Assembly (NCBI GenBank): GCA_964413315.1
Contig: CAYPRZ010000002.1
Span: 1 to 40,277, forward strand
Source: an uncultured Desulfovibrio sp.
Lineage (GTDB): Bacteria > Desulfobacterota > Desulfovibrionia > Desulfovibrionales > Desulfovibrionaceae
Direction of reading: 5' to 3'
Length of the DNA stretch: 40,277 nucleotides
The notes under the pieces were generated by a model, which worked only from the letters and a program-made list of their open reading frames with translations, was not told the origin of the DNA and searched no databases. Positions 35,956 to 40,277 of this stretch are shown piece by piece (position 1 is the stretch's first letter; each line of letters begins with the position of its first letter). A program made the position numbers and the translations under genes.

Positions 35956-36777
35956 ATGAAGTATTCACGCTGGCCACGAGTGCTGGCGGCCATAGCTCTT
36001 TGCATGCTTTTGGCCCCGCCCATGAACGCCGACGCGGCTTCACAAAGCGCTCCCTCTGAACAATCTCGCACGAACGCTACCCCCCACGCCGCCAAAAAGT
36101 CTTCTGGCGACACTGATACTCGCAAATCCAAACGCGAAAAATCCAGTGACAAATCCGCCTCTTCGCACAGCTCGCGCTCTAAGCGCGATAAAGCTGAATC
36201 GCGCTCCAAATCCAAGCACAGCAGCTCTTCTTTGCAACAGTCTGCCTCCATTGATACAGACAGCCCAAAGAGCATAGACAGCCGCGATATTTGGCTGAAG
36301 CGCGCACAAGAGAGTGAAATCATGACCGGCAAGGCCTCGTGGTACGGACGTGATTTTCACGGCGGCCCCACAGCCAGCGGCAATGATTACGACATGTACA
36401 CCTTTACCGCCGCACACCGCACCCTGCCCATGGGCACGGTTGTTCGCGTCACCGACCAAGATAACGGCAAAAGCGTTATGGTTTGCGTGACAGACAGGGG
36501 CCCCTTTGTGCGCGGGCGGGTTATTGATCTTTCTTTTGCGGCTGCCCGACAGATAGACATTGAAAACCGTGGCGTCAGCCGGGTTGAGCTGGAAGTTGTG
36601 AGCGATGAAAGCGGCACCCCGCTGAAACCCGACGAAGCTTTTTTTGTGCGCTATAATGCTGCCCAAAGCGACGAAAAGGTTGGCCCCTTCCGCGCCTTTG
36701 CAGACGCCGCCGCCATGCATGAAGCCCTGCGCCAAGTGCACCCAGAGGCACAAGTGGTCATAGACCAGTCACGGTAG
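35956..36777 (+). CDS. rlpA: RlpA-family lytic transglycosylase (DPBB domain)
   Basis: Signal peptide, Ser/Lys-rich linker, GKASWYG, TAAHRTLPMGT and DRGPFVRGRVIDLS. Confidence 0.9.
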   Translation: MKYSRWPRVLAAIALCMLLAPPMNADAASQSAPSEQSRTNATPHAAKKSSGDTDTRKSKREKSSDKSASSHSSRSKRDKAESRSKSKHSSSSLQQSASIDTDSPKSIDSRDIWLKRAQESEIMTGKASWYGRDFHGGPTASGNDYDMYTFTAAHRTLPMGTVVRVTDQDNGKSVMVCVTDRGPFVRGRVIDLSFAAARQIDIENRGVSRVELEVVSDESGTPLKPDEAFFVRYNAAQSDEKVGPFRAFADAAAMHEALRQVHPEAQVVIDQSR

Positions 36778-36834
36778 TTACGCGCAAAGGCTAATACGTG
36801 CTGCCCCAACGTGGGTAGGTCTCAGATTTGTAGT

Positions 36835-36869
36835 AAAGCGTCCCCGGCTGTTGCCGGGGACGCTTTTTT
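36835..36869 (+). terminator. Intrinsic terminator
   Basis: AAAGCGTCCCCGGC-TGTT-GCCGGGGACGCTTT followed by Ts. Confidence 0.82.
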
Positions 36870-36956
36870 GTACCCCGTTTGCATCTCGGCGGGCTTGCTA
36901 CTCTGCATATTCCCCGGTATTGAAACAGCTTGCCTTTTACCACCAAGAAGGAAGCA

Positions 36957-37859
36957 ATGGGCTTTTTTTATAGTATTGTTTCGTCAGCGGCCTTTGGTCT
37001 GATTCCACTGTTTACCCTGCCTCTTATGAAGCTTGGCGTATCTGGGGCAACAGCGCTTTTTTACCGTTTTGCCATTGCCACGGTTGTGCTGGGCATTGTC
37101 CTTGCCATGCGCGGCGAGCGCTTCAGGGCGCGCGGCATTGATTTGTGCAAGCTGGCGGGCATGAGTTTTATGTACACCATGGCGGCCCTGCTGTTTTTTT
37201 GGGGCTTCAAGCACATGCCCAGCGGCGTGGTGGCTACCATACAGTTTACCTATCCTGTTATGGTTATGCTCATTATGACGGTTTTTTACCACGAGCGTTT
37301 TTCGTGGATAACTGCCACTTCCATTGCCCTTGCCATTGCGGGTGTTTACCTGCTCAGCGGTGGGGGCAGTGGCGATGCCAGTGCCGAGGCAGGCATGAGC
37401 CTGCTGGCCCTTTCACTGCTGTTGCTCTCGGCCCTGTGCAATGCCGTGTACATTACAGCTATTTATGCCGCACGTATCCCCAACATGAGCGGCTTGGTTA
37501 TGACCTTTTACGTGCTGGCATTTGGCGCTGTAATATCTGGCGGCAATTCGCTGCTTTCCGGCACGTTTCAGCCTCTGCACTCGTGGTGGGAGCTGCTGTT
37601 AGCCACCCTGCTGGCCGTTGTTACGGCTGTGGTGTCAAACCTTACGCTTATTTTGGCAATCCAGCGTATCGGCTCTACCCTTACTTCCATTTTGGGCGTT
37701 ATGGAGCCAGTGACGGCTGTTGCCGTGGGCATTCTGGTGTTCAACGAGCCTTTCAGCCTGTCGCTTGTGGCCGGGGTGCTGCTTATTGCGGCCTCGGTGG
37801 TGCTGGTAATGCTGGGTAAGCAGGTGACGGAATTTTTGCAGCGGTTCAGACACGCCTGA
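36957..37859 (+). CDS. EamA/DMT-family transporter
   Basis: About 10 TMs in two repeats; IQFTYPVMV and LGVMEPVTAV..GILVFNE. Confidence 0.9.
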   Translation: MGFFYSIVSSAAFGLIPLFTLPLMKLGVSGATALFYRFAIATVVLGIVLAMRGERFRARGIDLCKLAGMSFMYTMAALLFFWGFKHMPSGVVATIQFTYPVMVMLIMTVFYHERFSWITATSIALAIAGVYLLSGGGSGDASAEAGMSLLALSLLLLSALCNAVYITAIYAARIPNMSGLVMTFYVLAFGAVISGGNSLLSGTFQPLHSWWELLLATLLAVVTAVVSNLTLILAIQRIGSTLTSILGVMEPVTAVAVGILVFNEPFSLSLVAGVLLIAASVVLVMLGKQVTEFLQRFRHA

Positions 37860-37884
37860 TACAATTGCTGATTGAAAAAACACG

Positions 37885-37919
37885 AAAAAAGCCGCCCACT
37901 GATCATGGACGGCTTTTTT
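37885..37919. terminator. Bidirectional terminator between the EamA gene and leuB
   Basis: AAAAAAGCCG...CGGCTTTTTT. Confidence 0.75.
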
Positions 37920-37954
37920 CGTGAACGATATTCTTTTTTTTGGGGAGGCGGCGG

Positions 37955-39028
37955 CTACAGCCGTTCCACTACCTTGTCGCCCATTTCTTTGCAGCCCAGC
38001 AGGGTTTTGCCGGGTTCCATAATGTCGCCGGTGCGGAAACCGTCTGCCAAGGTTTTGCGCACTGCGGCCTCAATGGCGTCGGCTTCCTTGCCCATGTCAA
38101 AGCCAAGGCGCAGCATCATGGCCCCGGAAAGAATGGTGGCAAGGGGGTTGGCCTTGTTCTGACCCGCAATGTCGGGCGCAGAGCCGTGGATGGGCTCGAA
38201 CAGGCCGGGGCCGGTGGCGCCCATGGAGGCAGAGGGCAGCATGCCCAGCGAGCCCGTGATGACCGAAGCCTCGTCGGACAAAATGTCGCCAAAAATATTA
38301 CCCGTGAGGATAACGTCAAACTGCGAGGGATCGCGCACCAACTGCATGGCGGCATTGTCCACATACATGTGGGTCAGCTCCACATCGGCGTACTGGCGGT
38401 GGGTTTCGAGAACCACTTCCTTCCACAGGCGCGAGGTTTCGAGCACGTTGCTTTTTTCTACAGAGCACACCTTGCCACGGCGCTTGCGGGCCGTTTCAAA
38501 GGCAACCGTGGCGATACGGCGAATTTCTTCTTCGTTGTACACCATGGTATTGTAGCCAGTGCGCAGGCCATCGCGCAGTTCTTGCCCGCGCGGTTCGCCA
38601 AAATAGATGTCGCCGGTGAGCTCGCGCACCACCACAAGGTCAAGGCCCTTGGCGGCAATGTCGGCACGCAAAAGGCAGGCTCCTGCCAGTTCGGGCAGCA
38701 GCATGGCCGGGCGCAGGTTGGCAAAAAGCGCCAGCTCTTTGCGGATGCGCAGCAGGCCTTTTTCCGGCCTTTTTTCGGGCGCAAGGGCATCCCACTTGGG
38801 GCCGCCCACAGCTGCCAGAAAAACAGCGTCGGCTGCGCGGCACTTGCGCACGGTTTCTTCGGGCAGGGGATCGCCCGCACCGTCGATGGCCGCGCCGCCA
38901 ATGAGGGCGGTTTCAAAAACAAAGTCGTGGCTGAACTTTTCAGCGGCGGCCTTCAGAACCTTAACACCCTCGGCCAGAATCTCCGGGCCAATGCCGTCAC
39001 CCGGCAAAAGGCAGATGGTCTTTTTCAT
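37955..39028 (-). CDS. leuB: 3-isopropylmalate dehydrogenase
   Basis: [32 protein letters not shown] and [13 protein letters not shown]. Confidence 0.97.
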   Translation of the reverse strand: MKKTICLLPGDGIGPEILAEGVKVLKAAAEKFSHDFVFETALIGGAAIDGAGDPLPEETVRKCRAADAVFLAAVGGPKWDALAPEKRPEKGLLRIRKELALFANLRPAMLLPELAGACLLRADIAAKGLDLVVVRELTGDIYFGEPRGQELRDGLRTGYNTMVYNEEEIRRIATVAFETARKRRGKVCSVEKSNVLETSRLWKEVVLETHRQYADVELTHMYVDNAAMQLVRDPSQFDVILTGNIFGDILSDEASVITGSLGMLPSASMGATGPGLFEPIHGSAPDIAGQNKANPLATILSGAMMLRLGFDMGKEADAIEAAVRKTLADGFRTGDIMEPGKTLLGCKEMGDKVVERL

Positions 39029-39132
39029 GGTATATCCTTAAACTTGATGCTTTCTTCTGTTGATGCCTATTTTCTCAAATTACCCGCGTGCCAGCTATTT
39101 TTTACATGAAGATTTTTGTGTCAGTGCTTTGG

Positions 39133-39259
39133 CTAAATTGGATTTTTGTTCTCTGGCAAGGCAGATAATCAATTTTTACGCAGGGAGTGTACTCTCATGG
39201 TACTCGACCGGAGTAAAAAGGATTATCTAACGCAGCCAGAGGGCAAAAGGCCAATTTAG
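39133..39259. repeat. ERIC-like long hairpin element A (127 bp)
   Basis: Terminal IR CTAAATTGG/CCAATTTAG; nested stems CTCTGG/CCAGAG, AGATAATC/GATTATCT and TTTTTAC/GTAAAAA; CAAGG...AACGCAG internal loop. Confidence 0.75.
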
Positions 39260-39260
39260 G

Positions 39261-39407
39261 CAGCTATTTTTTTACATAAAGATTTTTGGACCAGAACAAG
39301 GAAAAATTGGGTTTTGCCGACAGGAGTATACTCTTAGGTATTCGACTGGAGGCAAAAGCCCACTTTGACGCAGTTCTGGCCAAAAAGATTATGTAAAAAA
39401 TTAGCTG
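39261..39407. repeat. ERIC-like long hairpin element B (about 147 bp), overlapping the leuD stop
   Basis: Terminal IR CAGCTA..TTTTTTACATAA / TTATGTAAAAAA..TAGCTG; stems CCAGAA/TTCTGG and TTTTGCC/GGCAAAA; core CAGGAGTATAC...GTATTCGACTG. Confidence 0.75.
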
Positions 39408-39895
39408 GCCAAGCGTTCCTTGACATAGCCGACAAGCCCACCCTTGTCGAGAATAACCGCCATGGACTTGGGCAGCGGCGGGCAGGTGATTTGCGCACCG
39501 TTGGTGAGGTCGCGGATAACGCCGGTGGCGGCGTCAATTTCCAGCTCGTCGCCGTCGTTGATCTTGTCCACATCGTCGCCCACTTCCATAAGCAACAGGC
39601 CCATGTTGAACGAGTTGCGGTAGAAGATACGCGCAAAGCTGTGGCCGATAACCACCTGCATGCCAGCGCCCAAAATGGCTATGGGCGCGTGCTCGCGCGA
39701 GGAACCACAGCCAAAGTTACGGCCAGCAACCATGATGTCGCCGGGGGCAACGCGCTTGACCCAATCGGGCTCAAGGCCGGACATACAGTTTTCGCCCAGT
39801 TTTTTGGAATCTGTGGTAACCAAAAAACGTGCGGGAATAATGGCATCTGTATCAATATGTTCGCCCACTTTGTGGGCCTTACCCTTGTAATTCAT
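39401..39895 (-). CDS. leuD: 3-isopropylmalate dehydratase small subunit
   Basis: [21 protein letters not shown] and SFARIFYRN. Confidence 0.96.
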   Translation of the reverse strand: MNYKGKAHKVGEHIDTDAIIPARFLVTTDSKKLGENCMSGLEPDWVKRVAPGDIMVAGRNFGCGSSREHAPIAILGAGMQVVIGHSFARIFYRNSFNMGLLLMEVGDDVDKINDGDELEIDAATGVIRDLTNGAQITCPPLPKSMAVILDKGGLVGYVKERLAS

Positions 39896-39961
39896 GCGGC
39901 TGTCCTTCTTTCTCTGCGCCGGGGCAGGGCCGGGGCGCAGGCAGGTGCTGATGTGTGCTGC

Positions 39962-40276
39962 CTACAGCTGGTCGGGCCCGGCCACGCAACCCGCAATGGC
40001 CGAAGCGGCTGCCACAATGGGGCTTGCCAGATACACTTCTGAACTCAGGCTGCCCATGCGGCCCTTGAAATTGCGGTTGGTGGTGGCCACGGCGCGTTCG
40101 CCATCGCCCAGAATGCCCATGTGGCCGCCAAGGCAGGGGCCGCAGGTGCAGGGGCCAACCACGCAGCCCGCTTCCATAAAGGTTTCGATCAGGCCTTCCT
40201 TGAGGCACTGCTTCCACACCGTGGGGGTGGAGGGCAGCACAATGCAGCGCAGATGCTTGGCAACCTTGCGGCCCCG
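39962..40276 (-). CDS. leuC: 3-isopropylmalate dehydratase large subunit; C-terminal part only, 5' end is beyond the window
   Basis: CGPCLGGHMG, TTNRNFKGRMG and VYLASP. Confidence 0.95.
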   Translation of the reverse strand, partial: RGRKVAKHLRCIVLPSTPTVWKQCLKEGLIETFMEAGCVVGPCTCGPCLGGHMGILGDGERAVATTNRNFKGRMGSLSSEVYLASPIVAAASAIAGCVAGPDQL

Positions 40277-40277
40277 C

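Noticed and set aside
37940-39109. 389-aa plus-strand ORF
   Set aside because: Antisense to leuB.
39030-39400. Leucine attenuator or T-box between leuD and leuB
   Set aside because: No Leu-rich leader peptide or T-box motif; the structure fits a repeated hairpin element better.

Overview
Chromosomal window from a Desulfovibrio; the tetraheme cytochrome c3 closely resembles the D. desulfuricans type. It is mostly core genes. In order: a LysM lytic transglycosylase, a TrmH-family methyltransferase, fliL-fliN-fliO-fliP-fliQ with sigma54 promoters, yggS, era, a convergent queuosine-salvage pair (VUT transporter and tgt), alr, rpsF-rpsR-rplI-dnaB with an S6:S18 leader, an RRM protein, a four-gene cNMP/CBS-DUF294 nucleotidyltransferase + DEDDh exonuclease + DUF485 + ActP operon, ahbB-hemL-cbiG-cbiH-cytochrome c3, a 941-aa acidic repeat protein, futalosine-pathway menaquinone genes, purL, rlpA, an EamA transporter and leuC-leuD-leuB. 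I saw no tRNA, rRNA, CRISPR array, transposase or prophage. The best candidates for undescribed biology are five. (1) The DUF294/exonuclease pair may be a reversible nucleotidylation switch on acetate uptake, under a Rex-like operator. (2) The 941-aa protein may be a PopZ/HubP-like scaffold with 12 CheY-docking-like [IVL]DxLL motifs. (3) A 56-aa ORF missing from the ORF track resembles a Ros/MucR N-terminal domain. (4) Both queuosine-salvage genes appear to have leaderless promoters of identical geometry. (5) Two ERIC-like hairpin elements lie in tandem inside the leu operon. All family calls come from motif recognition by eye; no database search was run.
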